Assembly (NCBI GenBank): GCA_028345095.1
Contig: JAOMCQ010000004.1
Coordinates: forward strand, 12,407 to 76,406
DNA from: Candidatus Nitrosopelagicus sp.
GTDB taxonomy: Archaea; Thermoproteota; Nitrososphaeria; Nitrososphaerales; Nitrosopumilaceae
Direction of reading: 5' to 3'
Length of the DNA: 64,000 bases
The position numbers and the translations under genes were made by a program. Every line of letters starts with the position of its first letter. Within the stretch, counting starts at the first letter, position 1. The notes beneath the pieces were generated by a model that made no database searches, was not told the origin of the DNA, and worked only from the letters and a program-made list of their open reading frames with translations. Of this stretch, positions 20,654 to 32,497 are shown one piece after another.

Positions 20654-21931
20654 ATGGGAAAATTTGAAGTTCAGAATGTTGATTCAGTAAAGATGTATAA
20701 AATTAGAAAAACGTTGGAAGAGTTAACTCAACATTCAGGTCGTGGAACTGAACTCATTACAGTATACATTCCAAAGGGTCAACAACTTCATGAAGTAATG
20801 ACACAATTAAGAGAAGAGCAAGGTACTGCAGACAATATAAAATCTGATTTAACTAGAACTCATGTGGTAGATTCACTATCCAAAGTACTTCAAAGATTAA
20901 AACTATACAAAAAAACACCAGATAAAGGACTAGTCGTATTTTGTGGTGCACTTCCAAGAGAAGGAGGAGGACCACCTGGAAGTGAAATTGTAAAAATATA
21001 TGAAATAGACCCTCCTAAAGATTTGACAACATCATTGTATCGATGTGATGATCATTTTCATACAGACATTTTGAAAGACATGTTACAAGATGACAACATC
21101 ATTGGATTATTAGCAATTGATGCAAAAGATGCAGGATGGGGATTACTGCATGGAGATAAACTTGAAGTTTTGAAACAAACGGGTTCAGGTGTTGCAGGAA
21201 AACATAGACAAGGCGGACAATCAGCAAAACGATTTCAAAAATTAAGAGAAATGGAGTTGCAGTATTATTTTAACAGGGTTGCAGAAATAACTAGAGAATA
21301 TTTTATCGATATCTATCAAGTAAAAGGGTTAATTGTCTCAGGTCCAGGTCCAACAAAAGAAGAATTTGTGAATAAAGAATATCTGGAATATAGGTTACAA
21401 AATAATATCATTGCCACAATTGATGCATCATACTCAGGTGCAGAAGGAATTAGGGAAGCATTTTCTAAATGTTCAGATATTTTATCAAACTTTAGAATGG
21501 TTGAAGAGAAAAAAATAATTGAAAAATTATTTCAGGAAATTAATACAAATTCAGGATTAGGAAGTTATGGTCTAAAAGAAGTAATCGAGATGCTAAAAAA
21601 TAATATTGCAGGAATGATAATTATCTCCGACGACATCAATATGAGTCGAATTGAAAAAAAATGCAAAAGATGTTCAAACATAGAAGATGAACTTGTTGAA
21701 CAAGGAAAAAGAATTGCAAGAAAAACAGAAATGAAGAGTAAAGCATGTTCTGAATGCAAAGCAATGGATTCGGAAATAATTGATCAAGACCTTATCGACT
21801 ATATTGCGTTAAATGCATCTAAGACAGGAACTAAAGTTGAAGTGGTTTCAGGAAAAACAGAGCACGGAGTAATGTTAGGTAGTTTAGGCAATATAGCAGC
21901 TATACTTCGATATAATCCAAATCGTACTTAG
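20654..21931 (+). CDS. prf1: Peptide chain release factor aRF1
   Basis: NIKS, YRCD, GGQSA motifs. Confidence 0.97.
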   Translation: MGKFEVQNVDSVKMYKIRKTLEELTQHSGRGTELITVYIPKGQQLHEVMTQLREEQGTADNIKSDLTRTHVVDSLSKVLQRLKLYKKTPDKGLVVFCGALPREGGGPPGSEIVKIYEIDPPKDLTTSLYRCDDHFHTDILKDMLQDDNIIGLLAIDAKDAGWGLLHGDKLEVLKQTGSGVAGKHRQGGQSAKRFQKLREMELQYYFNRVAEITREYFIDIYQVKGLIVSGPGPTKEEFVNKEYLEYRLQNNIIATIDASYSGAEGIREAFSKCSDILSNFRMVEEKKIIEKLFQEINTNSGLGSYGLKEVIEMLKNNIAGMIIISDDINMSRIEKKCKRCSNIEDELVEQGKRIARKTEMKSKACSECKAMDSEIIDQDLIDYIALNASKTGTKVEVVSGKTEHGVMLGSLGNIAAILRYNPNRT

Positions 21932-22332
21932 AAAGATTTTTTAATTTTTTGCCTTAATTCTTCTAACTCATCATTTGATGGAATTTTTCTTTTAGTCCAC
22001 AATGTGGCTTTGTCTGCATATCTAGGAATAATATGCACGTGTACATGAGGAATAATTTGTTTTGCTTCTTTACCATTATTCTGTGCAATACTAAATGCAA
22101 CTCCACCTGTAGCTTTGAGAATTGCATTTGCAATTTGAGGGACTAAAGAAAATAACTCTGCAACCTCATTTTTTGGCATGTCAATAATTTTCTCATATGG
22201 TATTTTTGGAATAACAAGCGAATGGCCAGTATCAATTGGATATTTGTCTAAAATTGCAACATGGTTATCATCTTCAAAAATAACAAAACCTGGCTTTTTT
22301 CCTTCAATTATCTCTGTAAAAATGGTAGCCAC
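21928..22332 (-). CDS. HIT family hydrolase
   Basis: HVHVHIIPR. Confidence 0.93.
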   Translation of the reverse strand: MATIFTEIIEGKKPGFVIFEDDNHVAILDKYPIDTGHSLVIPKIPYEKIIDMPKNEVAELFSLVPQIANAILKATGGVAFSIAQNNGKEAKQIIPHVHVHIIPRYADKATLWTKRKIPSNDELEELRQKIKKSF

Positions 22333-22400
22333 ATCATAAATAGACTCAATGATTGTATAAACGATATTGATTTATTTGGTCGATAAATTTGAAATGAACA

Positions 22401-23000
22401 ATGGGCAAAAATAGACGTGAAAAGAGAGAAGAAGAACGTGAGGGATTTGCTGCTAAGAGAACCGCCCAATATAGAACTAGAAATCTAAAAGCATTAGGAA
22501 TTTTAGCAGGAATTGGAGTTATCGTATCATTTGCCTGTTACGAATTTGTTACATCTACAAACAATGTTCCAGGTGCACCTGAAAATGCCGGAAAATTGGG
22601 AGACGAGCATATTCATGCATCTCTATTAGTCAGCATATTTGGCGATAAATTTGACTTTTCAACTCCAAATTATCAAGTAAAAACAAGCTGGATTCATTTT
22701 GAAAATCAAGATGGCGATACAATACACAGACATTCTACAGGAGTGGAACTTGAATTTTTATTCAATTCAATGAGTGTTGGTGTTGACGAAAATTGTTTTG
22801 TTTTCCCAGATGGAAGACAGTTTTGTAATAATGAGGATTATTCTTTGAAATTTTATATCAATCAACAAAAAGTTGACGACATAAGAAATTATATAGTTCA
22901 AGAAGATGATAGAATTCTTATCACATACGGAAATGAAGACCAATTAGCTATTGACAAACAGCTAGCAGAGTTAAATGCACAAGCAATCAATAGATTGTGA
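22401..23000 (+). CDS. Membrane-anchored His-motif protein (hypothetical)
   Basis: Basic N-terminus, TM helix, HIHA and IHRH motifs. Confidence 0.8.
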   Translation: MGKNRREKREEEREGFAAKRTAQYRTRNLKALGILAGIGVIVSFACYEFVTSTNNVPGAPENAGKLGDEHIHASLLVSIFGDKFDFSTPNYQVKTSWIHFENQDGDTIHRHSTGVELEFLFNSMSVGVDENCFVFPDGRQFCNNEDYSLKFYINQQKVDDIRNYIVQEDDRILITYGNEDQLAIDKQLAELNAQAINRL

Positions 23001-24685
23001 GTAAGATGAAAATTTCAAGTAGAAATGTTGTCGAAGGTACAGCTCGAGCACCTCATCGTGCCATGTACAAAGCAATGGGATTAACTAATGAAGATTTATC
23101 CAAATCATTCGTTGGAGTTAGCCATACTGGAAACGAGGCAACTCCATGCAATATTCATCTACCTAACCTAGCACAACAAGCAAAACAAGGAGTAAAAGAA
23201 GGAGGTGCAACTCCAAGAGAATTCAGTACAATAGCAGTAAGTGATGGAATTGCAATGGGTCATGAAGGAATGAAATCATCATTGATCAGCAGAGAAATAA
23301 TTGCAGATTCAATTGAATTGATGGTTAGAGCACACCAGTATGATGCATTAGTAGGAATTGCAGGTTGTGACAAAAGTCTTCCAGGGACAATGATGGGAAT
23401 GATAAGACTCAACATACCATCAGTATTTGTTTATGGCGGAACAATTATGCCAGGAATGTTAGATGGAAGAGAGTTAACAGTAGTGGATGTTTATGAAGCA
23501 GTTGGTTCTTATGATGCAGGAAAAATTACTGCAGAAGAATTAGAAAATATCGAAAATGTTGCATGCCCTAATGCAGGATCTTGTGGAGGCATGTTTACAG
23601 CAAATACCATGGCATCAATTTCTGAAGCAATTGGATTAGCATTACCAGGCAGTGCTAGCCCACCAGCAGAAGATGACAGACGAGATAAAATTGTATTTGA
23701 GACAGGTAAAGCATGTGCAAAATTACTCAAATTAGGCATAAAACCGCTAGACATTGTAACATTTGAAGCATTTGAAAATTCAATTACAATGTTAAATGCT
23801 GTAGGTGGGTCTACTAATGGAATTTTACATTTGTTGGCAATGGCAAATGAAGCAGGAATAAATTTAACATATGATGATTTTGAACGTATCAGAAAAAAGA
23901 CACCACATCTTGCAGATATGAAACCAGGTGGAAATTATGTAATGAATAGTTTAGACAAGATTGGAGGAATACCTTTGATTATGAAAAAATTATTAGATAA
24001 AAATTTGATACATGGAAGTGCAATAACTGTTACAGGTAAAACAATTAAAGAAAATTTAGAAGAATTATCAATTATGGAAATTCCAGAACAGCAAATAGTT
24101 AAGTCAGTTGAACAACCAATACATGAAGTTGGAACCGCAGTTATTCTAAAAGGTTCATTGGCACCAGAAGGTGGCGTGATTAAAACAGCAGGAGTTGAAA
24201 TGAGAGAATTTACAGGAATCGCCAAAGTTTATGATAGGGAAGAGTATGCTTTTGAAGCTGTTTCAAAAGGAGACGTCGATGAAGGTGATGTAGTAGTTAT
24301 TAGATATGAAGGACCAAAAGGAGGTCCTGGAATGAGAGAAATGCTTTCAACTACAGCAGCACTTGTAGGTCAAGGACTTGGAAAGAAAGTTGCAATGGTA
24401 ACTGACGGTAGATTTTCAGGAGGTACTCGCGGATTCATGGTAGGACATGTTGCACCCGAAGCATTTGTCGGAGGACCTATCGCACTAGTAAAAAATGGAG
24501 ATAAGATATCAATCAATTTAGAAGATGGCTCCATAAACCTACACGTTTCAGAAGATGAATTAGTAAATAGAAAAGCACAATGGAAACGACCAGAGCCAAA
24601 TTATTCTACAGGGGCTCTTGCAAAGTTTGCATCACTTGTAGGTTCTGCTGCAAATGGTGCAATTACAAAACCTGCACAATACTAA
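22997..24685 (+). CDS. ilvD: Dihydroxy-acid dehydratase
   Basis: [29 protein letters not shown]. Confidence 0.97.
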   Translation: MSKMKISSRNVVEGTARAPHRAMYKAMGLTNEDLSKSFVGVSHTGNEATPCNIHLPNLAQQAKQGVKEGGATPREFSTIAVSDGIAMGHEGMKSSLISREIIADSIELMVRAHQYDALVGIAGCDKSLPGTMMGMIRLNIPSVFVYGGTIMPGMLDGRELTVVDVYEAVGSYDAGKITAEELENIENVACPNAGSCGGMFTANTMASISEAIGLALPGSASPPAEDDRRDKIVFETGKACAKLLKLGIKPLDIVTFEAFENSITMLNAVGGSTNGILHLLAMANEAGINLTYDDFERIRKKTPHLADMKPGGNYVMNSLDKIGGIPLIMKKLLDKNLIHGSAITVTGKTIKENLEELSIMEIPEQQIVKSVEQPIHEVGTAVILKGSLAPEGGVIKTAGVEMREFTGIAKVYDREEYAFEAVSKGDVDEGDVVVIRYEGPKGGPGMREMLSTTAALVGQGLGKKVAMVTDGRFSGGTRGFMVGHVAPEAFVGGPIALVKNGDKISINLEDGSINLHVSEDELVNRKAQWKRPEPNYSTGALAKFASLVGSAANGAITKPAQY

Positions 24686-24901
24686 TCATTCAAAATGTTT
24701 TTCACATAACATTACGTTCTTAAAATCTAGAGTTTTTGCAGTTAGAGAAGTGCCGTCGTCAAGTCCTTTTTTACAGACATAGCAGCTCATTTCATTTGCA
24801 TTTGTCCTCAAAAAAACATGCTCTGTCTTTAAGATATAATCTTGAATTAGAGATGATTTTCCAGAATATACCAACTGGTTCATATGCTGTATAGGCACCA
24901 A
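24686..24901 (-). CDS. Small Zn-finger protein
   Basis: CYVC...CEKH. Confidence 0.7.
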   Translation of the reverse strand: MVPIQHMNQLVYSGKSSLIQDYILKTEHVFLRTNANEMSCYVCKKGLDDGTSLTAKTLDFKNVMLCEKHFE

Positions 24902-25152
24902 TCTGATATAAAGGTACCGTACTATAAAGTACTATTCATCACATCTTTGAGTTATCTATGGAATGTATTAGATAACTTCAGTAAGGTCTTGAGACCAATT
25001 AGTTGTGAATGAATAGCAACTCTCTGTACATGATTAGTTATTGCATTCATGATAAGCCTAGGAGAAACAGATCTAATTGTAGATCGCTCAATTTTATTCG
25101 ATCAAATTGTTAAACACACTTTAAATATTGAGATTTTTGTGTAGAATTATGA

Positions 25153-26511
25153 ATGGTGACCGTCTTTGGACATCCAAGCACTCCTAAGATAATTCCTCTA
25201 GTGTACACTGAAACTCAATTTCAAATTTATAACAAAATATCAAGAAATTATAGATATTCATTTTTGTTTGAATCATTAACTGGACCTGATGAATTAGCAG
25301 AGACATCAATTATGGGATTTGACCCAGAATTAATTTTAAAATGTTATTTTGATAGAGTTACAATTCAAAGTAGAGATGGGGAAATCAAGATTATACAAAC
25401 TGAAACACCATTAGAAGTAATCAAAAAATATGTTAGACGAACAGAGAATATGTCTTATCGATATTTAGGAGGAGCTGTAGGAAATATTGACTATGATGCA
25501 ATAAAATTATTTGAAAAAATTCCAGGAGATGTAAATTTAGAAAAACCAATAATGGAATTTGGAATTTATGATGATGGAATTCTTTATGATAATAAAAAGA
25601 AACAATTTTTCTATTTTTACTATGATGAAAATAGATCAGAAAAAATAATAAAAGGTGAAGGAAAATTTGGCGGATTTGAGATTTCAGATATCACACCAAA
25701 TCTAGATAAAGATGAATTTGAAAAAATTGTAAAAAAAGCAAAAGAATATGTCCATAGCGGAGATGTATTTCAAGTAGTTCTTTCTAGAAAATTTTCATTT
25801 GAAGGAAAAGGAGATTACCTTAGAGTGTATGAAAAACTTCGAGAGTTGAATCCTTCACCATACATGTTCCATTTAAAGATGAATGACAATATAATAATTG
25901 GATCAAGTCCTGAAATGTTATTACGTGTGACAGGAAGAGATGTTGAAACATTTCCAATAGCAGGAACACGAAAAATTTCAGAAGATGAAGAAAGTAATAA
26001 AAGATTAAAAAATGAATTGCAAAATGATGAGAAAGAACTTGCAGAACATACAATGCTTGTTGATTTAGGTAGAAATGACATTGGAAGAGTTTGTGATTAT
26101 GGAACCGTAAAAGTGAAAGAATTAATGGAAGTGAAACGATTCAGCCATGTTCAGCATATGGTAACGCATGTAGTTGGTAAATTAAATGAAAAACATGACA
26201 TGTATGATGCATTTGAGGCTGTTTTTCCTGCAGGTACAGTTTCAGGCGCACCAAAAGTAAGAGCAATGGAGATAATTCAAGAGTTAGAACCAACAAAAAG
26301 AGGAACGTATGCAGGTGCTGTAGGATACTTTTCATTTAACGGATGTTGTGATTTTGCGATAGCAATTAGGAGTATTTTTGCAGATAAAAAAGAAGGATTT
26401 GTTCAAGCAGGAGCAGGAATTGTATTTGATTCAATAGCAGAAAATGAGCTTAAAGAAACAGAACATAAAGCAAATGCAATGATTACTGCATTAAAGGAGG
26501 CTACAAAATGA
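25153..26511 (+). CDS. trpE: Anthranilate synthase component I
   Basis: NPSPYM, SSPE, PIAGTR, EHTMLVDLGRND, GTVSGAPK. Confidence 0.95.
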   Translation: MVTVFGHPSTPKIIPLVYTETQFQIYNKISRNYRYSFLFESLTGPDELAETSIMGFDPELILKCYFDRVTIQSRDGEIKIIQTETPLEVIKKYVRRTENMSYRYLGGAVGNIDYDAIKLFEKIPGDVNLEKPIMEFGIYDDGILYDNKKKQFFYFYYDENRSEKIIKGEGKFGGFEISDITPNLDKDEFEKIVKKAKEYVHSGDVFQVVLSRKFSFEGKGDYLRVYEKLRELNPSPYMFHLKMNDNIIIGSSPEMLLRVTGRDVETFPIAGTRKISEDEESNKRLKNELQNDEKELAEHTMLVDLGRNDIGRVCDYGTVKVKELMEVKRFSHVQHMVTHVVGKLNEKHDMYDAFEAVFPAGTVSGAPKVRAMEIIQELEPTKRGTYAGAVGYFSFNGCCDFAIAIRSIFADKKEGFVQAGAGIVFDSIAENELKETEHKANAMITALKEATK

Positions 26512-27110
26512 AATTCTTAATCATTGATAATTATGATTCGTTTGTATACAACATTGCTCAAAGATTAGGAGAGTTAGGAATTACATCAGACGTCATAAGA
26601 AATGACAAAATAACAATTAAAGATATTGAAAATTCAAATTATGATGCAATAGTTATTTCACCAGGTCCAGGAACACCTGATGATGAAAGATATTTTGGAA
26701 TTTGTAAAAAAGTTATAAAAGAGATTGGACCTACAAAACCAATTTTAGGAGTTTGCCTAGGACATCAAGGAATAATTTCATGTTTTGGAGGAAAGGTTGT
26801 TAATGCAGAAAATATTCGTCATGGAAAAACTAGTCAAATCAAACATACTAATGAATCATTATTCAAAGGAGTAAAAAACCCATTTAGAGCAACTAGATAC
26901 CATTCACTTGTAGGGGAAAAAACAATCATACCAGATTCATTAAAAATTACAGCGATAGCAGAAGATGATGGTGAAGTGATGGGAGTGAGTCATAATGATT
27001 ATCTAATTGAAGGAGTTCAATTCCATCCTGAATCAATATTAACTGATGAAGGAACAAAAATTTTTGCAAATTTTATAGAAAAGGTGAAAGAACATGAAAA
27101 AAATAACTGA
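26508..27110 (+). CDS. trpG: Anthranilate synthase component II
   Basis: DNYDSF, SPGPG, GVCLGHQ, QFHPES. Confidence 0.95.
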   Translation: MKFLIIDNYDSFVYNIAQRLGELGITSDVIRNDKITIKDIENSNYDAIVISPGPGTPDDERYFGICKKVIKEIGPTKPILGVCLGHQGIISCFGGKVVNAENIRHGKTSQIKHTNESLFKGVKNPFRATRYHSLVGEKTIIPDSLKITAIAEDDGEVMGVSHNDYLIEGVQFHPESILTDEGTKIFANFIEKVKEHEKNN

Positions 27111-28113
27111 AAATCTTACATTTGAGGAAATGTCATCGGTAATGAGTGAAATTCTAAATGGAAAAAACAATGATGATGAAATTGCAGAATTTCTCAAAGA
27201 TTTATCAAACAAAGGAGAGACAAATGAAGAACTACGTGCAATGTTTACAAAAATGAACGAGTATTCAGTAAATATCAATCCACGTTGTCATGGAAATTTA
27301 ATTGATGTGTGTGGAACAGGAGGGGATAATTTACAGACGTTCAATATTTCTACAGCAGCATCTTTTGTTATTGCAGGAGCAGGAGGAAGTGTTGCAAAAC
27401 ATGGAAATCGTTCAGTTTCAGGCGTATCAGGCAGTGCAGATATTTTTGAATATTTTGGATTTGATTTGAATTCAGAGCCATGGATAGTAGAAGAAATGAT
27501 AGAAAAAATAGGAATAGGATTCATGTTTGCGCCAAAATTTCATCCTGCCATGAAAAATGTTGCGCCAGCTAGAAAGATAATTGGTAAAAGGACCGCATTC
27601 AATCTACTAGGTCCATTATGTAATCCGGCAAAAGTAAGACATCAGATGATAGGAGTTTTTGCAGATAACTATATTGAAAGAATTGTAAAAATTATGCAAA
27701 AGAATTTTTCAGACACAGTTCTAACAGTAAGATCTGACGATGGAATGGACGAATTATCAACAACATCAAAAAATAAAGCATGTCTATTAAAAAATGAAGA
27801 GATTACAGAATTCATAATCGATCCAAGTAAATATGGTTTGGAGAAAGGTAATTTGTCAGATATTCAAATTTCAACAAAAAAAGAGGCTATAGCTGCATTT
27901 GTTAAAGTACTAAATAACACATCAAATAGAACTATGAAAGAAATCACAATCTTAAATGCTGCAGGCGGACTTCTTGTAGGAGGTATCTGTAATAAGTTTG
28001 AAGAAGGTGTAGAATTAGCTAATGAGACAATAAATAATGGAAAAGCATTTGAGAAATTAAAACAATTTACAAAAGAAAATAACGCATCAGATAAACTAGA
28101 GGAGTTTCAGTAG
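27094..28113 (+). CDS. trpD: Anthranilate phosphoribosyltransferase
   Basis: CGTGGD, KHGNRSVS, GMDE. Confidence 0.96.
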   Translation: MKKITENLTFEEMSSVMSEILNGKNNDDEIAEFLKDLSNKGETNEELRAMFTKMNEYSVNINPRCHGNLIDVCGTGGDNLQTFNISTAASFVIAGAGGSVAKHGNRSVSGVSGSADIFEYFGFDLNSEPWIVEEMIEKIGIGFMFAPKFHPAMKNVAPARKIIGKRTAFNLLGPLCNPAKVRHQMIGVFADNYIERIVKIMQKNFSDTVLTVRSDDGMDELSTTSKNKACLLKNEEITEFIIDPSKYGLEKGNLSDIQISTKKEAIAAFVKVLNNTSNRTMKEITILNAAGGLLVGGICNKFEEGVELANETINNGKAFEKLKQFTKENNASDKLEEFQ

Positions 28114-28887
28114 ATGGAAAATATTTTAGATAAGCTTGTAAATAATTCGAAAAAAGCAATCAATGAGGGGATATATGAAATTTCAAAATCATTATCAAAT
28201 TCAGAAATTGATTTAGGTCAAACTATAATCAATTCACAGCATGCACCATTGATTACAGAAGTAAAGTTTTCATCTCCAGCACTAGGAAATATTAGAAAAG
28301 TATCAGATCCAATAGATATTGCAGTACAAATGGTTAATGGAGGAGCTTCAGCATTGTCAGTATTAACTCAACCATTTTTGTTTGATGGATCGCCCGAACT
28401 TTTTATGAAAGTTAGAGAAGTAGTGAAAATTCCAATGTTGATGAAAGATATAACAATTGATAAAATACAAATTGATGCTGCAAGAAAAATGGGTGCAGAT
28501 TATTTTCTACTCATACAATCTCTTTTTGATAAAAAAATGGTACTCGATATGGATGAATTGATTGAATATGGGCATAAAAATGGAGTAAAAGTGATTGTTG
28601 AAGCACATACCTCAGAAGAATTTGAAAATGCGTGTAAAACTAATGCAGACATCATTGGAATAAATAATCGTAATTTAGATACCTTGAAAATTGATCTAAA
28701 TACAACTAAAAACATACTGGAAAAATCAGATTCTTCCAAAATCATTATTTCGGAAAGTGGAATTGAGTCTCAAGATGACATTCGATTTCTTCATAAATGC
28801 GGTGCAAAAGGGTATCTTATAGGCACAGCAATAATGAAAAATGACAATATTGAACAAACAGTTAGAGGATTAGTGAATTCTGTATGA
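28114..28887 (+). CDS. trpC: Indole-3-glycerol phosphate synthase
   Basis: EVKFSSP, GINNRNL, ISESGI. Confidence 0.95.
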   Translation: MENILDKLVNNSKKAINEGIYEISKSLSNSEIDLGQTIINSQHAPLITEVKFSSPALGNIRKVSDPIDIAVQMVNGGASALSVLTQPFLFDGSPELFMKVREVVKIPMLMKDITIDKIQIDAARKMGADYFLLIQSLFDKKMVLDMDELIEYGHKNGVKVIVEAHTSEEFENACKTNADIIGINNRNLDTLKIDLNTTKNILEKSDSSKIIISESGIESQDDIRFLHKCGAKGYLIGTAIMKNDNIEQTVRGLVNSV

Positions 28888-30080
28888 AAATTGGAATGCC
28901 AAAAGATGGACGGTTCGGAGAATTCGGAGGAAAATATATTCCAGAAACATTGGCTCCAGCTATAGAAGAATTAGAAAGAAATTACCTCAAGGTTAGAAAT
29001 GATAAAAATTTTAAAAATGAACTAGGTAGATTGTTGATTGATTATGCTGGTAGACCAACTCCAATTTATTTTGCAAAAAATCTTACAAAAACAATTGGAG
29101 GAGCAAAAATCTATTTGAAAAGAGAAGATTTGCTACACGGAGGTGCTCATAAAATCAACAACACATTGGGACAAGCATTACTTGCAAAACGTATGGGGAA
29201 AAAAAGAATCATTGCTGAAACAGGAGCAGGTCAACATGGAGTAGCTACTGCAATGGCATGTGCAAGTTTAGGATTAAAAGCTGAAATTTACATGGGGTAT
29301 GTGGACACATTACGTCAAAAACAAAATGTTTTCAGAATGGAATTATTAGGTGCAAAAGTACATGCCGTAAAATCAGGTTCAAAAACATTGAAAGATGCAA
29401 TAAATGAAGCAATGCGAGATTGGATTACAAATGTTGATTCAACTTACTATCTGTTAGGATCAGCTGTAGGCCCACATCCATATCCACTAATGGTAAGAGA
29501 TTTTCAATCAGTGATAGGTAAAGAAATTAAAAAACAAATGAAAAAAATTCCCAATGCAGTAATAGCATGTGTAGGGGGAGGGTCTAATGCAATAGGAACA
29601 TTTTATCCATTAATTGATACTAATACTAAAATCATAGGAATAGAAGCTGGTGGAAAAGGAGTAAAAACAAAACTACATTCCGCCCCACTCACTGCTGGAA
29701 AAAAAGGAGTATTGCATGGAATGATGACATATCTAATGCAAGATAAGGATGGTCAAATTAGTGAAACACATAGTATTTCTGCGGGTTTAGATTACCCAGG
29801 GGTTGGTCCAGAACACGCATATCTTAAAGATAAAAATCAAGTGCAGTACAAAGCAGTAACCGATGACGAAGTGATTAATGCATTTTTAATTTTAACAAGA
29901 ACTGAAGGAATAATTCCTGCATTAGAATCAGCACATGCAATAGCACATGCAATTAAAATTTCAAAGAAAATGAAAAAAACTGAATCAATTGTGGTTACAC
30001 TTTCAGGTAGAGGAGATAAAGACATCGATATTGTAAAGGAGTATTTGGCCAAAAATGTCAAGAATAAGAGAAAAATTTAA
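28884..30080 (+). CDS. trpB: Tryptophan synthase beta chain (TrpB1 type)
   Basis: [33 protein letters not shown]. Confidence 0.97.
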   Translation: MKIGMPKDGRFGEFGGKYIPETLAPAIEELERNYLKVRNDKNFKNELGRLLIDYAGRPTPIYFAKNLTKTIGGAKIYLKREDLLHGGAHKINNTLGQALLAKRMGKKRIIAETGAGQHGVATAMACASLGLKAEIYMGYVDTLRQKQNVFRMELLGAKVHAVKSGSKTLKDAINEAMRDWITNVDSTYYLLGSAVGPHPYPLMVRDFQSVIGKEIKKQMKKIPNAVIACVGGGSNAIGTFYPLIDTNTKIIGIEAGGKGVKTKLHSAPLTAGKKGVLHGMMTYLMQDKDGQISETHSISAGLDYPGVGPEHAYLKDKNQVQYKAVTDDEVINAFLILTRTEGIIPALESAHAIAHAIKISKKMKKTESIVVTLSGRGDKDIDIVKEYLAKNVKNKRKI

Positions 30081-30855
30081 TCAATTAAAATCAAACAGAG
30101 AGACTGCACTAATCTCATATATCATGGCAGGTTATCCATCTGAGGAAGCAACATTGTCTGCAGTTAGAGGATTAATCAAAGGAGGAACAGACATAATTGA
30201 ATTAGGATTTCCATTTTCAGATCCTATTGCAGATGGCCCTACAATTCAGATGGCAAGTACGGAGTCATTAAACAAAGGTACAAAAATTGACAATTTTTTT
30301 TCAATTGTAAAAAAAATTAGAAAGGAATCAGATATTCCGCTTGTATTGATGACATATACAAACATCTTGTACAATCAAACATATCAGAAATTTATTTCAC
30401 GTGCAAAACAAGCAGGGATTGATGGTTTGATTTTACCAGATATGGCAATAGAAGAATCTAAAGAATATGTTAAAGCTGCCAAAAAAAATGGAATGGATAC
30501 AATATTTCTTGTATCGCCAAATACAGAAAATGATCGGCTAAAGAAGATAATCAAATCTACATCAGGTTTTTTGTACATGGTTGCAGTATTTGGTACAACA
30601 GGAGTTCAAACTAAAATTCACAAATATACCATTGATGCACTAAAAAACACAAAAAATGTGACAAAAGGAAAAATACCGGTTGGCGTAGGATTTGGGATAT
30701 CTACAGAAAATGATGTTAAAAAATACGTCTCATCAGGTGCAGATGCGGTAATAGTTGGAAGTGCAAATATCAAAATAATGGAAAATACACCTACAAATAA
30801 GATTCAGAGTCGAATTGCAACATTTACAAAAAAACTAAAGAATAAAACCCAATAA
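30055..30855 (+). CDS. trpA: Tryptophan synthase alpha chain
   Basis: [22 protein letters not shown]. Confidence 0.97.
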   Translation: MSRIREKFNQLKSNRETALISYIMAGYPSEEATLSAVRGLIKGGTDIIELGFPFSDPIADGPTIQMASTESLNKGTKIDNFFSIVKKIRKESDIPLVLMTYTNILYNQTYQKFISRAKQAGIDGLILPDMAIEESKEYVKAAKKNGMDTIFLVSPNTENDRLKKIIKSTSGFLYMVAVFGTTGVQTKIHKYTIDALKNTKNVTKGKIPVGVGFGISTENDVKKYVSSGADAVIVGSANIKIMENTPTNKIQSRIATFTKKLKNKTQ

Positions 30856-30895
30856 TGAAATAAAGGAATAAAAATAAGAGGTTTTTAATAATTGA

Positions 30896-32497
30896 ATGCA
30901 GACAAAGTTTATTTTTGTTACAGGTGGAGTTATGTCTGGATTAGGCAAAGGAGTAGTTTCATCATCAATTTGTAAATTATTACAATTATCAGATCAAAAA
31001 GTTTCTTGTGTAAAAATTGATCCATACTTGAATTATGATGCAGGAACAATGAATCCAATTGCTCATGGTGAAGTTTTCGTAACGGATGATGGAGGAGAAT
31101 GCGATATGGATATAGGAAATTATGAGCGATTTTTGAATCAAGATATTCCAAAATCACATAACATTACAACTGCTCAAATTTATTCAAGTGTAATAGAATC
31201 AGAACGAAAAGGAGAATATTTGGGAGCATGTGTTCAGATTATACCACATGTAACAGATGAAATTAAAAACAGAATAAAAAAAATTGCGACAGATGAAGAG
31301 TTGGAAATACTTGTTGTGGAATGTGGAGGAACTGTAGGAGATATTGAAAGTTTACCATTTTTGGAAGCATTAAGGCAAATTAGAGTTGAAGAGGGTTCAG
31401 AAAATGTAATTTTTGTTCATGTCACATTAGCACCATCATTAGATGTAGTAGGTGAACAAAAAACTAAACCAACACAACATAGTGTTCAAGAATTAAGAAG
31501 AATTGGAATTCAGCCAGATCTACTATGCGTTAGATGTTCTATGCCATTACAAGATAAAACAAGAAATAAAATTTCAATGTTTACAAATGTAACTAATAAC
31601 GATGTATTTTCGTGTCATGATGTTGATTCAATTTTTCAAGTTCCAGAAATTCTTTATGAACAAGGTTTGGTGGATATTATTTTTAAGAAATTTAATAAAA
31701 TGGGATATGTTAATGCGTCACAAAATTGGGATACATGGAATAAAATAGTAAATTCATTACAAAATGAAGGGGAACCAATCAACATTGCAATGGTTGGAAA
31801 ATACGTAACATTGGCAGATAGTTATGTCAGTGTCAATCATGCACTAAAACATGCAGCCGCATCAATTGGGAAAAAAATTACAATAGATTGGATTGATTCA
31901 GAAAATATTAATGGAAATGTAGATACATTGTCAAAATATAATGGAATATTAGTTCCTGGCGGATTTGGAACCAGAGGCTCAGAAGGAATAATTAAAACCG
32001 CAAATTTTGCAAGAGAAAACAATATTCCATACCTTGGAATTTGTTTTGGATTTCAATTAGCTGCAGTATCGTTTGCAAGGAATGTATGTAAACACTCAGA
32101 TGCAAATTCAACAGAAATTGAAGAAAATACTAATAATCCAATAATAGATTTACTTCCAGAACAAAATGACATTACAGATATGGGAGGGTCATTGAGATTA
32201 GGTGCGAATGAAATTAATGTCAAACCAGATACAATTGCAAACAAAATTTATGGACAAGAGAAAATTTCAAAGAGGCATAGACACAGATATGAATTCAATA
32301 CAAAATACTTAGATGAATTTGCACAGAAAGGAATGATTTTTTCAGGAGAAAGTGATGATGGGCGAAGAATGGAGATTTTGGAAATTCCGTCTCATAAATT
32401 TTTCGTGGGAGTTCAATTCCATCCTGAATTTAATAGTAGACCAGGATACCCAGAACATGTATTTAGAGCATTTACTTCTGCTGCAAATCAGAATTAA
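30896..32497 (+). CDS. pyrG: CTP synthase
   Basis: GGVMSGLGKG, KTKPTQHSV, GICFG, QFHPE. Confidence 0.98.
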   Translation: MQTKFIFVTGGVMSGLGKGVVSSSICKLLQLSDQKVSCVKIDPYLNYDAGTMNPIAHGEVFVTDDGGECDMDIGNYERFLNQDIPKSHNITTAQIYSSVIESERKGEYLGACVQIIPHVTDEIKNRIKKIATDEELEILVVECGGTVGDIESLPFLEALRQIRVEEGSENVIFVHVTLAPSLDVVGEQKTKPTQHSVQELRRIGIQPDLLCVRCSMPLQDKTRNKISMFTNVTNNDVFSCHDVDSIFQVPEILYEQGLVDIIFKKFNKMGYVNASQNWDTWNKIVNSLQNEGEPINIAMVGKYVTLADSYVSVNHALKHAAASIGKKITIDWIDSENINGNVDTLSKYNGILVPGGFGTRGSEGIIKTANFARENNIPYLGICFGFQLAAVSFARNVCKHSDANSTEIEENTNNPIIDLLPEQNDITDMGGSLRLGANEINVKPDTIANKIYGQEKISKRHRHRYEFNTKYLDEFAQKGMIFSGESDDGRRMEILEIPSHKFFVGVQFHPEFNSRPGYPEHVFRAFTSAANQN

